The notes: generated by a model from the letters alone, not told the origin. Counted from the stretch's first letter, positions 1-14,839 are shown. The stretch: 64,000 nucleotides of DNA from Octopus sinensis (GCF_006345805.1 NC_043009.1:44764001-44828000), one strand, 5' to 3'. Numbers and translations are program-made.

Positions 1-133
1 ATTTTGTTGTTTATAAATGGGAGAGAGATAGATAAAGATAGAGAGTAAGAGAAAGCGAGGGAGAGTCCGAGAGAAGGAAGAGTAAGAGAGTGGGAAAGTG
101 AGAGAGAAAGGAGAAAAGAACAAAGAGGGAGAA

Positions 134-446
134 TCATCATCATCATCATCATCGTTTAACGTCCGTTTTCCCTGCTAGCACGGGTTGGACAGTTTGTCAG
201 GGGTCTGGGAAGCCAGGAGGCTGCACCAGGCTCCAGTCTGATCTGGCAGTGTTTCGACAGGTGGATGCCCTTCCTAACGCCAACCACTCTGTGAGCGTAG
301 TGGGTGCTTTTTTCGTGCCGCCTGCACAGGTGCCAGGAGGGCTGGCAGCGGCTACGATCGGTTGGTGTTTTTTACGTGTCACTGGCACAGAAGCCAGTCA
401 AGGCGGCGCTGCAATCCGCCACGTTCGGATGTTGCTTTTTACGTGC
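134..446 (-). mobile_element. LINE 3' UTR fragment with (GAT)n tail (family also at 49182 and 55691)
   Basis: (cat)n-cgtttaacgtccgttttcc...ggatgcccttcctaacgccaaccactc shared by three copies in the window. Confidence 0.8.
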
Positions 447-818
447 TGAAAGGAAGCAACAGAAAGTAACAACCACACTCTTACCCGCGCGTAGAGCGGG
501 TCATCTTCAGCTAGTATATATATTAGTTTCATTTCTATTACTTTCGCTATGATATATTTATGTATATATATATATTTATGTATGTATATTTATGCGTATA
601 TATATGTGTGTGTATATATATGTATGCATACATATGTACATATATGTGTATGTATATTTATGTATAATTATTGTTAATATATATATATGTGTATATATAT
701 GTATATATATGTATGTATATATGTATATGAGTGTATATATATATAGTAATATATATATATATTATATATATATATCTATATGTCTATATATGTGTGTATA
801 TATATGTATATGTATATG

Positions 819-864
<46 letters not shown>

Positions 865-2270
865 TATATATACATATGTATATTAGCAAAACGCCCCGTC
901 CATTGGATGGTTTGTATAGGTGAAGAGGTTAACTTGGACGGTGTTAAGTTGTGGAAATGCTTGGTGATAGAATGGGGTCGTTACTTTTGGTTTGAGCATT
1001 AAAGATTCCTGAGACGTTAAAACTGTTGACTGTTTCTTCTAAATAAGGAAAATTGATTGATAGTAAATCTTAGCACCGTGAACTCTTTCAAAATTGTCAT
1101 GAAGCCAATAAAATGAAGGAAAGCTGTTCAGCCCACAATATATACAACTTTCAGAGGAATCGGACATGATTATTGAATTTAAACTTTCTGTGCTCAAACA
1201 CTTTCACATTAGGATAAGCACATTGTGCTCTTCCATAGTACATACCTCATGTTGACACCTACACGTCAGACTGAACGCTGTTTTATCTCCAAAGGGAATA
1301 TTGCAAGTGATATTTAAGCAATAAACAGTTCTTTGGCTTTAGCATTTGATGACTATTGCTTTACGTATTTTATTTCGATTTTCACTGGCGTAGTGGTAAG
1401 AACTACGGGATAAGTAACATTAGTTTCGAATGAAAATGTAAATGAAAGTTTTAATCACCTGATGGACATGCAAACAGAAACTGCAACTCAATTAAGGCGC
1501 AAAAATACTTAAGGAAGTCTCTCCTCTCTCAAAAACTGCCACAAAAACAGTTGAAACTCAGGGGTGAAATAACACAATGTGCAATAAAATATCATAAGGC
1601 ATACTCTTTGCAAATCAATTTTATCTCTAAAATTGAACAATACTGCTTATTCTTTTAAGTTGGACGAGGAACGTTAGGTAATATTTTAGATGTAAACCGT
1701 CCCTGCTCCAAATTTTCACGTTTTATAAGCAATCAATTAGTCTTTTCTACTTTCAATTGAATTTTGTTGAAAATATCTTCAGAAAATTGAGTGATCACCA
1801 GTTATTTATTTGCTGTATTTTCACTTTTTTGCTCACTTAAAATAACCGCCTTTCCCTAGTAGTTTATTGCACGAAAAACAGCCGTAAGAACACATGTGAC
1901 CGCGAATGCACGTGGTTGATTACAGTTAATCAAAGTTAGGGTGATATCAATTTTTTTAGTCGCATACAAACGTGTGAAAATGCAGAAATGAATACAATTG
2001 TTTGTGCTCTAATATTTAAATCAAGATGAGATTGCATTTACAAATAGCAAGCTTTATTTACATATGTCTGTCATTTAAATGTGAAAACGTAGAAATGGGT
2101 TGTTTAGAACGTCGGTTAATGAAGAGGATGGCGGAAGAAAGAGGACAAAAAGTAATGCAAACTGCAGATTTCCCAATAGTTCAGCATGTCTGTCTGTCTG
2201 TCTGTCTGTCTTTATGTATGTATGTATGTATGCATGTATGTATGTATGTATGTATGTATTGTGTCCTGTC

Positions 2271-3302
2271 TGTAGCGTACGTTTAGTGAAATTTTTTCTC
2301 TCTCTCTGTTATATATAACATAAATACAGACGTAGCAGATAACAGCTAATCTTCGGCCGCTTGGGCCCTGTTGTGTCCACTACTCTGATTGGTTGGTATT
2401 GGCGCAATTTTTCTCCTGCTCTATTACGCGCCAAAGTGCAACCTAACCAATATCAGCCTTCTGATAAGGTCCCGTGACACAGTCTTCTAAATTCACTGTT
2501 GGAGCCTCCTAGTCACTATAAAAACTAGTCACAACGAACCGTATTTCGTCTTTGGTTCTAGATCTTCTAAGGTCTAACCACTGACCACAGAGCACACAGC
2601 CAGATCCAGCGACTACACCAGCAACAACTTGAAGAAACATTAACTCTTCGTCTAGCAGCATTCAGGACCGCCATCTCCGTCGCCTTCATCTTAACGACGC
2701 CAACAACATCTCTACATACACAGCAACAACCACTCAGGTTTAACTACTTACTGTTTGTGAATTACTTCACCGTGGTTAACAGAAAGTACTACCTGCAAGA
2801 TCTTCCTGTATCAAGTAACCGGCACAGCATAGTAGCCACAACCGCTTACACGACACGTGATTCAACCGCCTCTGCATTGTAGCTACAACTTCTTGTCACA
2901 GCTTTTCAACTATTGTGTACTTTACTATGAACTGGTATTTATCATCATTATGTGTGAACATTCTTCTAGCATCCTGTTATAGACTCTTTCTATGCTCTGT
3001 ATTTTATCTTACACGCATACACCCTTGTTTGTACACACATACACATTATGTATGCATGACGGCCTGTCTGTTATTATTATTATTATTATTACATATGTAC
3101 TTATGTCGCACACACAGACACACACTCTGCTAACACCTAAATAAAACCTTTCTCTTAAACCTTCTATCGGTTGTGTCGTCTTTCTTTTCGTTTCTAGCAC
3201 TCTTACTCATTTATCCATTTTTGCTTTTATTGTAAGCGACCGTGCGGTGTATTAAAGGAGTCATTTATTCGTCACTTCTCTCCTTTTGCACGGTCGTTCT
3301 GC
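2271..3302 (+). mobile_element. Possible solo LTR
   Basis: TGT...CA ends, CCAAT then TATAAAA (about 2517) then AATAAA (about 3140), GC/CpG richer than flanks; no TSD confirmed. Confidence 0.3.
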
Positions 3303-4023
3303 ATATTTAACGAGCTGATATCAGCGAAACTTGGAAGTTTCAGCGAACTCTGTATTTCTGACTAACAAAATATTTAAACTCAACATCTACATTGAATTCT
3401 TTTTCAGTGAAGGTTGCGGTTATTCGTTGTTGTTAATATTCTTATAAACACCAACATCCATAAAACACAGACACACACACACTCTCTCTCTCTTCCCCCT
3501 CTTTCTTTCCTTCTCTCTCCTCCTCCTCTCTCTCTATATATATATATATACACGTCCGTTTATGTTTGTGTACGTCTGTCATTGCTTATGCATGTGTTTA
3601 TATATGTGTTCGCGTTTCTATAATCTAAGAACAACAACAACAACAAAAAAATCGATGTTAGGTAAGTAGGCACGAGTGAGACTGTATCTGTGCATGTGTT
3701 TGTGTTGGAAAAGACATGAGTGTATCTGGGGGTGCGTATGTGTGTGTGTGTGTGTGTATGTGTGGTGTGTGTGTATGTGTGTGTGTGTGTATATATATAT
3801 ATAAAAGGTTGTTTACCATCTCAATGCCCTGCTCTCCTTTTCAGATTAGTGCGTCTTAATGTGTGTTAGTGCGTCTGTGTATGCTTATGTTTGTGTGTAA
3901 TGAGGATGTTGAAATACATATATATATGTATGTACATACATACACACACACACATAATATAAACAAACATACGTACATACACAAATTCATTCATACATAC
4001 AATCACATATACACGGCCACACA

Positions 4024-4367
4024 TTTATATATATATATACACCTGATTATATGTGTATGTGTATATGTGTCTATATATCTATATGTATATATATACATAT
4101 GTATATGTATATAAATGTATATATGTGATATATGTTTATGTATGTATATATATGTTTTTGTATATATTCATAAATATGCATGCTTATATATGTACGAGCA
4201 TTTATATATATATACACCTGATTATATGTGTATGTGTATATGTGTCTATATATCTATATGTATATATTTATACATATGTATATGTATATATGTGATATAT
4301 GTTTATGTATGTATATATATATGTTTTTGTATATATTCATAAATATGCATGCTTATATATGTACGTG
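4024..4367. repeat. About 175-bp AT-rich unit x2
   Basis: cacctgattatatgtg...gcatgcttatatatgtacg duplicated. Confidence 0.85.
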
Positions 4368-4650
4368 CATGTGTGTGTATAGATATATACATTTTCACAT
4401 ATATACACACATACAATTTTATATATTTACATGTACATATACGTATATACGTACAAGTGTGTATGTATATGTTTGTATGTATATATGTACATATACACAG
4501 ACATACATATACACACCCACGCCCACATATAAATATATATATATATATAACCCCACCATTTACTGACTTATATATATATATGCACACATTTAATCATCTA
4601 TCAACGTATTTATGCGTATGTACAAAGGAATTTGTAAGTATGTGTGTGTA

Positions 4651-4681
<31 letters not shown>

Positions 4682-5120
4682 CTCTGTGTGTGTGTGTAGT
4701 TATGTATGCATCATCCAGGCATGAATGGTTGTTCGTGTACTTTTAAAAAAATTATGCTTAAGCATTGCAAGACGAAAACACAAGTAAATATAAAAACAAA
4801 CACAGAAAGCAGAACGAAAAACGAAGAAAAATAAAAGAGAGAAAAATAAGAGAGCGAAAATATAGATGTACCAAGAAAAACAAAGAGAAGATAGATAATA
4901 ATAAGACGTTGCATGAAAAAAAAAAAAAAATAATAATAATTATGACAGCAACCACTGAACTGCCGCCAGTGAAGGTTCGATATAAACGAATGGTGATCGG
5001 CCATTGGCTGGTAAGCGTGTCAGTTGATACGCACACACACGCATCACACACATACCACAAATTCACGAACCCTCACAACACACACACACACACCACACAC
5101 ACACACACAACACACACACA

Positions 5121-5163
<43 letters not shown>

Positions 5164-5389
5164 ACTATAAACACACACACACACACGTACACACGTCATA
5201 CACCTTCCACTTGGCAGGAAGCTTTTAGTGTTGGAGGAAGAAATGGAGGAGTGGTGAGGTGAGGACGGCATCTTAGTACATGAAATGCAGTTTAACTTCC
5301 TTAGTTGCTGCTGCGCTGCATTCGTTGTTTTTTTGCTTTTGTTTGTTTTACACGCACGCTCGTGTGCGCACGCGTCTCGGCTCGCCTTT

Positions 5390-5560
<171 letters not shown>

Positions 5561-5920
5561 CTCTCTATCTCCTTATCTACCTATGCTTGTCTTTCCTTTT
5601 TCTCTGTTGAAATAAAGATTAAATGTTATGTGTATAAGTGTACGTATACATACAAACACACGTGAATATATACAAACACACCTACACACATACTTAAATA
5701 CACACACACACACACACACACATATATATTCTCTTTCTGGTTTCAGTTATTAGACTGCGCCCATGATGGAGCATTGTTTTATCTATTTATATCGACGACA
5801 GTAATTCATTGCTGTCAGGTGCTTTAATTTAATGTTTGTCGTGATATAAAAGCATACACACACACGCAACCATACACACACATACACTCAAACGCACACA
5901 CGCACATAGAAATCTGCCCA

Positions 5921-6662
5921 TTACTCTTTTATTCTTTTATTTGTTTCAGTCATTTGGCTGCGGCCATGCTGGAGTACCGCCTTTAGTCGAGCAAATCGAC
6001 CACCCGGACTTATTTTTTGTAAGCCTAGTACTTATTCTAAGTTACGGGGATGTAAACACGCCAGCATCGGTTGTCAAGCGATGTTGGGGAGACAAACACA
6101 GACACACAAACATATACATACATGCATACATACATACATACATACATACATACATACATACATACATGCATGCATGCATAAATACATACATACATACATA
6201 CATACATACATACATACATACATGCATGCATAAATACATACATACATACATACATACATACATGCATGCATAAATACATGCATGCATAAATACATACATG
6301 CATACATACATACATGCATAAATACATACATACATACATACATGCATAAATACATACATGCATAAATACATACATGCATACATACATACATACATACATA
6401 CATACATACATACATACATACATACATACATGCATAAATACATACATGCATACATACATACATACATACATACATACATGCATAAATACATACATACATA
6501 CATACATACATACATACATGCATACATACATGCATACATACATACATACATACATACATACATGCATAAATACATACATACATACATACATACATACATA
6601 CATACATGCATAAATACATACATGCATAAATACATACATGCATACATACATACATACATACA

Positions 6663-6694
<32 letters not shown>

Positions 6695-6844
6695 CAACGG
6701 GATTCTTTCAGTTTCCGTCTACCAAATTCACTCACAAGGCTTTGGGCGGCCCGAGGCTATAGTAGAAGACATTTTCCCAAGGTGCTGAACCGGAACCATG
6801 TGGTTGTTAAGGAAGCTACTTACCACACAGCCACTCCTGCGCCT
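5921..6844 (-). mobile_element. SINE family A (tRNA head, CORE-like segment) with expanded internal (CATA)n
   Basis: Head aggcgcaggagtggctgtgtggtaag at the 6844 end, tail tactcttttattc at 5921; about 580 bp microsatellite inside. Confidence 0.9.
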
Positions 6845-7376
6845 ATTACAACAGAATATTATGTACATTATAGTTAATTTATATTTCATTTAAGTTACAT
6901 AGGGTATGTGTGTGTTTATATGTGTATTAATGTGAGTGAGTTTATGTGTATGCGTTTCTGTGCATAAGTTTGTATGCGTACGTGTGTATATACGTGCGTA
7001 TTTGTCTTTGTGTGCGAGTGCATGTGAGTTTTTGTATGTGTTTGTGTGTGTGTGTGTATGTGTGTGTGCGTGTCTTTGCATGTTTGAGACAGAAATTTGT
7101 TTAAACGTTTGCCTATATTAAGGGCCAGCTTTATGTTAGTCTGTGTATTATCAGGTTTCCTCACTCATTTTATCGCAAAAATACATGAGCTCAAGAATAT
7201 TTATTAGAGGCGATATCGCTGGTATTGGTCTCATCCTCGGCCGTGGTGCGTGGACGAACCAATGAATGACCCTCTAAGTAGTCACCTGAATCTGTTAGAA
7301 ATATCAGGGAAATCTCTCTTCTAACAAATCCAAACATCTTTAAAAAATGGGAAGGAAATATTGAGTAATGTGATCC

Positions 7377-7756
7377 TACTTGTTTCAGTCATTTGACTGT
7401 GGCCATGCTGGAGCACCGCCTTTAGTCGAGCAAATCGACCCCAGGACTTATTCTTTGTAAGCCTAGTACTTATTCTATCGGTCTCTTTTGCCGAACCGCT
7501 AAGTGACGGGGACGTAAACACACCAGCATCGGTTGTCAAGCGATGTTGGGGGGACAAACACAGACACACAAACACACACAAACACATATATACGATGAGC
7601 TTCTTTTAGTTTCCGTCTACCAAATCCACTCACAAAGCTTTGGTCGGCCCGAGACTATAGTAGAATACACTTGCCCAAGGTACCACACAATGAGACTGAA
7701 CCCGGAACCATGTGGTTGGTAAGCAAGCTACTTATCAAACAGCCAATCCTACGCCT
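7377..7756 (-). mobile_element. SINE family A
   Basis: Full-length match to other family A copies. Confidence 0.9.
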
Positions 7757-8012
7757 ATAGGTGTGTGGAAAAATTAAACGGATGGCTATGGCTAGAACGC
7801 CTTTTCTCATAATTCAATTCATTCAAGCTGTAATGAAGACCAGAACAGTAGCAGCAACAGCAACAATAATAACGAATACTGGTTTCAATCTCAAGCAAGA
7901 ATGAAAAGCAAGGAAATTATTTTCTCTCTACCAAGCACTGAGTCCCTATATATTTTAGAGATTAGGAGCTGAAAATAAATGCTATCATATTCATGCTTTT
8001 TTCCAACGGCCA

Positions 8013-8395
8013 TCAGCCATCAACCAGGTGAACTTTTTGTATCTAATGGTCAGCTTGCCAAGACTTCCCAGTTCCATCTCTGTTGTGTTACATACGTACA
8101 ATCAGCCAGGTTCTTGTTTCCTGTCCATTCTTCGATGACGTCAGCTCACAAAAGCCTTTGCCGGCCTCTTTTTCTCTTCCTGTCAGGATTCTTTGAGACA
8201 ATGATTCATGGTGCATCGCATGTCCAAAATATGATAGCTTTGTGATGGATTCTCAACAATATGTGACTTTGTACTTTCAGCTGTTTTAGTACTGCAGTGT
8301 TTGCTATCCTGTCTTTCCAGCTTATTAATTTGCGGAAGATCCACATCTCAAAGGCATCTATCTTCTTTTCTATTGTTCTGTACATTGTACAGGTT
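8013..8395 (-). mobile_element. RTE-clade LINE 3' fragment
   Basis: KKIDAFEMWIFRKLISWKDRIAN.AVL, followed by FGH.MRH/GR.RLLWAD-like C-terminal motifs. Confidence 0.75.
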
Positions 8396-9536
8396 TTTCC
8401 TCGTCGAGGACAATTAGAAAAGATATCAGAGTCGTAAATAGAGCTGAAGACTACTTCAATCAGAAATCCAAACCGTATCGAATAGTTTGCAAATAAGGAA
8501 CTTACGTGTTTCACTCCTCCACTCGATGTTCTATATATAAATGTTGAGCTACTTTTTTCAACAAGGTACAAAAGATATATTTTTTAGACAGATCTGGTAT
8601 CAGAGAAAGAAATGGGTTAAAATAGCCACGGCCACAACCGCACATTGGAACTGTATTTCTGACCAAACCACAGAGATGCAACGATGCTTCAAAAACCTTA
8701 ACAAATAGATATAAAATAGCATTTAAAAATGTTTGTAATTTCTCAATAGTTGAAACGGATCCTTCAAGCGACGTCAGTTCAAAACGTACTTCCGATGATT
8801 CGATCTCAGCACACTGTCTCACACCCATCCACATTGCCAGACAGAAACAGCTCCGCGATTTCTTTTCTATTTGAAGCAAAACATTCTTTATTTTCAATGG
8901 AATGCCTGAGTTTAAGGTCATTAACGTTATCAGGAATGTAAATAAACCGTAATAGCGAAAACGAAGAACGAAGAATCGGAATTGCTGACATTTCAACCGC
9001 ACACATGTACAGTTCCTGTTTCGTTATATTGTTGTTGTTGATGTGATGATGATGATGACGACGACGACGACGACGACCACCACCACCACCTCTTCTTCTT
9101 CTTCTTCTTCTTCTTCTTCTTCTTCTTCTACTCCTCCTCCTCCTCGCCGATTACTTTCATATAATTCTGCACTCCATAGCATTCGATCGGCCAAAAAACT
9201 GTCGTTTCAGGTAAAACAATTGCCAGGTGTTCAGTTCTTAAGGTCATAAGTGTTTACAAACAACGAGAGAACGTGAAGTGATTCTTTTTTGCAATGGTGG
9301 ACCTGGAAGCTTTAAACGATAACGTGCAAATATTGAGTAAAAAACCCCTTGGCTACAAAAAGTCGAACACTCCTCGTGGGATTCGAACCTACGACTGTTA
9401 ACATAGCAAGCTAACAGGTGTTTCTGTCATGTTTACAGCCTTCGATCCTTTTGTATCCAGGGTTTTCTTAATCCAATACTTGTACGCTATTATTGATAGC
9501 TTTATTTTCGTAACGATCCACCGTTCCCTAAAAGAA

Positions 9537-9583
<47 letters not shown>

Positions 9584-9670
9584 ACACACACATACACACG
9601 CACACACATCCTCAACTCTCCGTTTTCTTACCTTATATATATGCTGTGTGTGTGTATGTATGTATGCACA

Positions 9671-9715
<45 letters not shown>

Positions 9716-9787
9716 ATCAAAATAAGCAACAAGGATATCCAGAGGTAATGCAGTACGATCGTATCATGCGACTCCATTTAATATATG

Positions 9788-9820
<33 letters not shown>

Positions 9821-10515
9821 TATATATATATATATATATATATATCAGTATATATACATATAAATTTGACATGGGCGATACTTTCTTGTCTTGGAATTCA
9901 CGGTCAAACGTGGAATTGCACGAAAAATTACACAGATGTGTAGAATGATCCGGTGGTGATGCTGCTCTTTGTATTCTTTTTTTATAGCTCCTAGGGTTAC
10001 CGAGATAATTTACTATAATAATATTCTTGTATTTATGAATGAAAAAGGAAGGGGTGATAGATGAATAAGGAAGTAAGGGGGTGATGTCATACTTGGTAGT
10101 GGGATGATGAAAATTGTACGCTGAAAAAATAAATCAAACAGCGTTTCAACTCTCTGTAAATATATGTGTGTGTATGTAAATAAAAGGGGTGGTATGGGAA
10201 TGTTTGTGAGTGTGCGTCTGTTTGTGTGTTTGTGTGTGCGTGCGTGTGTGCGCGCAATGGAAGTGGGATGGTTCATCTTTGTTCGTTTAGTATTTGGGTT
10301 TAGCTTTTGATTTGGTTGAATCTTGGTTGTTTTCTCTTTGTTGGTCAGTGATTTTTAGCGTTTTGATAGCCTAAGCGATTGTTGCCTGCAGAACGTACGC
10401 ATGTACGGAAAACTATTTGTAGCTCGATAAACACATATAGTTGAAACGTTTAGTAATATTGAGCTCTCATTGAATAGAGTACTTTTCATAATGACTTCTA
10501 CGCTGTTAATTTCTG

Positions 10516-10574
<59 letters not shown>

Positions 10575-10611
10575 ATATATATATATATATATATATAATA
10601 TATATAAGAAT

Positions 10612-10790
10612 ACAAAATATGGAAACCCAACTGGCGACAACAAAACATCCAGACAGTTGGATGATGCAAAAAGAGACAAGAAAAATCAAGACTGGTCATT
10701 CAGAGTTTTCTTTCGTCAGTCGAGTTCCAGATTATCTTTGCAGTTTCGGCTGGTTATACTCGAGACTGCTCCAATCTGGCCAGCCCCTTG
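10612..10790. mobile_element. Repeat related to the 62.3-kb hairpin arm, next to (TA)n
   Basis: Shared tacaaa...caaaacat start and the tttcggctg motif (reverse complement of cagccgaaa). Confidence 0.5.
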
Positions 10791-11367
10791 TAACTTAGCT
10801 ATTTCTTTATTTTGTGTAGTAAATGAAAAAAAACCCCACTCAAATAGATAAATAAAACATTAATATCTCTAGGATGCTGACATCTTCAGTACAACTGACC
10901 GCTTAGCTTATAGCATTATCGTCCATCTACTGCAACAACTGAATTATAACTGTGTCAGAAGTTCAACGAATTTGAGATTTAATGTAAGTCTTCAGTTATG
11001 TTGAATCAAGGAATATATACATTACAAAGCTCATATTTAGCATCACTTCCATCGGTTTTCAGTAACTTTGAAACCTGACCACACTAAAATCTCTTCTTTC
11101 TCCCTCCCGCGAAGAATATAATCGTTGTTATGAAAGCCGTCGGTCATGTACGCTGGAAAAGTTGATTTATGTTACGTGTTCACAGTTTGTGGAGGTCTCT
11201 CGTGGTTAAAGTAGTATTTCATTAAAGAGACAAACTGATCGATAGATAGATAAATTGTAATGTTGACAGGTGAGTATATCATTTAATAAGTGGATTGCTA
11301 GGTGAATAGAAATATAGACCGAAAAATCAATACCTTGAAAACTCTCTCATCCTATGCATTTTTATTC

Positions 11368-11466
11368 TATGTATGTATGTATGTATGTATGTATGTATGT
11401 ATGTATGTATGTATGTATGTATGTATGTATCTATCTATCTATCTATCTATCTATCTACCTATCTAC

Positions 11467-11524
<58 letters not shown>

Positions 11525-11525
11525 G
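11368..11525. repeat. (TATG)n(TATC)n compound microsatellite
   Basis: Direct reading. Confidence 0.97.
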
Positions 11526-11934
11526 ACATTTCTGTGATACACGATCCCTATTGATCGCCCCCACCTTATTTTTCTATTTTTTTCTTTTTCTTTTTCTTTT
11601 TTTTCACGATCCCTTTTGATCGGGATTCGCCCACTCTTTTTCCCCCTTCCCTTCTTCCCAAAAAGAAAAGCTCTACTTTGTATTTTGTCCCTTCTGTGTT
11701 TAGCCCTGCGTGACCAATAAGAAATATATCTATCTATCTGTGTGTCTGTGTGTCTGTCTAGCTAGCTATCTCTATACTATGCATATACAGATACACATGC
11801 ATGTAAGTAGGTGCAAGTATATACACACACACACACACATATATATGGAAGTACGTACATGCGTATATATACACATTTTTCATATATACAAACATAATAA
11901 CTGCAACTCGATTTTGAGCAATGCCATCGCTTGA

Positions 11935-12360
11935 CTGTTTTCATGAAGCAGCACAGATGTGGCTTTTCAATCCTGCTAGAGACCTACACTCTTTTACATA
12001 ATGTGGTAACAATGGGCACCTCCTACAGCAGATGTTCAGAAAGCTTACCACTGACGCTGACACATTCCATCTTTCCATCATGGAATTACAATGTAACATG
12101 ACTTCTGTCCTTGGGTAGCAACTGTTATTTCTTATTTTTCTTACCCTAGAAAGTTTGAAAAATGGCAAATATTTCCTTCAAACTTTTCTTTTGTTACATT
12201 TATTCAAACCCCAGAGAATCCCTTTCAACACATGGCTATAATGCTCCTTCTCTACTTCTGCTCATGATCAGAGATGCACATATTGTTAGCCGCTAAGGGA
12301 CATGCTCAAGTAGTTAAGATCAAACAAATGGCAAGCGAATCTGTGGTATTGAATACATTA
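11935..12360 (-). mobile_element. Probable RTE-like LINE 3' fragment
   Basis: Translation ends CRSLAGLKSH, like the C-terminal Zn-finger-type motif of RTE ORFs. Confidence 0.5.
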
Positions 12361-12820
12361 TTTACTATAATGATTTTTCTGCCTCAGCAACTCAGCGCTG
12401 AATCTGTTTGAAATGTAATGGAAAATAGGTCAGTTTCGAAACGTTGATGCCCAGGTCACAAAAGCCAAGTTTGAAGGGAATAGTAGTCGTTTCCTTTGAT
12501 TTCTAGATAGAAGCAAATTGGAGATAACACCCATACTGACCAAAGAAAAAACAATTGTCACAGTGTTATTCAATGGTGTTTTGCATTTTTTGGCTATGGT
12601 CAGGATAATGTGCTAAAATGAAGCAGGGCTTGAAACTTTTTAAATGAGGAAAGGCTTTGTTCAGGACTAATCCCACTTTCTAAACAATGTATGCATTTGC
12701 CTAAAAAGAACTGGATGCAAACGAAATCGCAGCTGTTAGATCAGTTTTCCTTCTCCTGCAGAGATATCTAAACAAAGACTAGGGATCGCTCACTTCCAGC
12801 TGTTGGATAACCATTGGCTT

Positions 12821-13438
12821 GGATCTTTTACCTTTTGACCGACTGATTTAAAAAATAATTTTTGTAACTAAACACTTACAAACTTCGGACACTGGTAGAA
12901 TGTGTCGTATAAAACATCTTTTACTCCTAGCGTTTTTGAGAAAAGCTTATATTTAGGAAGTTATTTCACGTTAAAGTAGTCGTATTTCAGAAATTTCAAC
13001 CAATCAATGACGTGCATTCAGCTGAATAAAATTACTGCCGTTGTTTGTCAACAACTATCGGCGGTGTATTTTTCGTTTGTCACTGTTATTTATGACATCG
13101 TTCGTGCGTTTGTACTGGTTTTAAGGTTTTAGGGTTTTAATATTAGGGTTAGGGTGGGGGTTTTAGGATTAGAGTTAGGGTTAAGGTTTTAGGGGTTAGG
13201 GTTGTCATAAATAACAGTGACAAACGAAATATACACCGCCGGAAGTTCTTGTCGACAAACAACAGCAGTAATTTTATTCAGCTGAATACACGTCATTGAT
13301 TGGTTGAAATTTCCGAAATACGACTACTTTAACGTGAAATAACTTCCTAAATATAAACTTTTCTCAAAAACGCTAAGAGTAAAAGATGTTTTATATGACA
13401 CATTCTACCAGTGTTCAAAGTCTGTAAGTGTTTAGTTA
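12821..13438. mobile_element. Related foldback MITE, right end lost in assembly gap
   Basis: Starts GGATCTTTT; about 235-bp inverted arms (12865-13097 / 13203-13438) around a degenerate TTAGGG spacer. Confidence 0.85.
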
Positions 13439-13538
13439 NNNNNNNNNNNNNNNNNNNNNNNNNNNNNNNNNNNNNNNNNNNNNNNNNNNNNNNNNNNNNN
13501 NNNNNNNNNNNNNNNNNNNNNNNNNNNNNNNNNNNNNN
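13439..13538. other. Assembly gap (100 N)
   Basis: Run of N. Confidence 0.99.
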
Positions 13539-14839
13539 TAGACACCCGGAATGATTATCGTAATACGTCGGTTAAATTGAATTAATTATATTACGATAAT
13601 CATTCCGGGTATCTACATTCTGAGTTCAAATCCCGTATTTGCCTTTCATCTTTTCAAATCCGATAAATAAAATACCAGTTTCTCTCACTTTTACTCACTG
13701 CGTGTCAGTTTATCCCACTTTCTTGGTGAAGTCACTTGTGATCGGACATAGATAGGAATAGTCTCTGTCAAGTCTAAAATTGTGCAGGGTACTAAGAATG
13801 TCACGAAGGCGCTCCTTCGATTCCATCAATAAGATAAGGGTCCGAGGCAACTAATAACAAAATGTATCATGTATCTCTTAGCCTCTCTCTCTTTCTTTCT
13901 CTCTCCCTCCCTCTCTCTCTCTCTTCCTCTCTCTCTCCCTCTCTCTCTCTCTCTTTCTCTCTACCTCTGAGTTTCAGTCGATCTTTCTCTCCCACTCTGA
14001 TAGAATGCCTTACGTTATCTTCAGCTGTATTCTGTTGTGAGTTCAAACCAAGGATTCCAAGCCCACCGATATGTGTGTGTGTGTTGATTGCTATTTCTTT
14101 ATAGAAGGAGGCCATCTCTTCAATTAATAAATGTTGTCAAGAGATTTCATGACAGGTAATACCTGTTGTATAGCCGTCTTGGGTATCCGTCCTTCAAGTG
14201 GTTGAAACACGTGACCTGCAAGCCTCACTCTTCTGCCACAATCTCTGGCAGTCTGTGCGAATTGGCTTTTCTCAGGACTTCAGAATTAATGTTTCTGTTC
14301 CTATAAGCGATCTTCAGTATTCTACAGAGAGCTGGCATAGAACCTAGCAGCAACAACAACAACAACGACAACGCAACAATCAATAAATGGTGATATCTTT
14401 GTTACAGGTATAAAGGAAAAGTTCCTTTTCAAAGCCATCTTGCGGGAAGACTGTCAAGGATTTCAAAATGGCGGACGGAAACTTGATTTTCATTAATGAA
14501 GTCTAAGCCAAGTATAGAAGCTGACTGATTGTGAATGGACACTGGAATATCGAAGTCATCACGACAGCGAAAAGGAACAATTTCAATGTGACTCTGTTAA
14601 ATGCTATGATTTGCGTGACTTCAATAGAATTTAGACAGTTCTGATTCTTTTATATTTGGTGATATCCATGCTGTTTCTGATTTCCCCTGCATTGATTTGA
14701 TATCGTTTCCATCTTTAGTTTTATATAATGCATTTATCGGAGATGTTTACATTATGGGAGATAACGATCCCCGAGGTTTTCTATCTTTCCTCTCATTTAC
14801 ATCTATCTCTAACCTTAACTAAAGCCATTTACCTGCAAT

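Noticed and set aside
9365-9415. tRNA gene (GGTTCGAATCCC on the minus strand)
   Set aside because: Only a T-arm/B-box-like piece; no D arm or full acceptor stem. Probably a SINE-head remnant.
10690-10790. Hammerhead from CTGACGA and GAAA on the minus strand
   Set aside because: The motifs are present but I could not form stem II in a valid topology.
13120-13202. True telomere or chromosome-fusion scar
   Set aside because: Short degenerate TTAGGG tracts are internal to MITEs with TIRs and TSDs.
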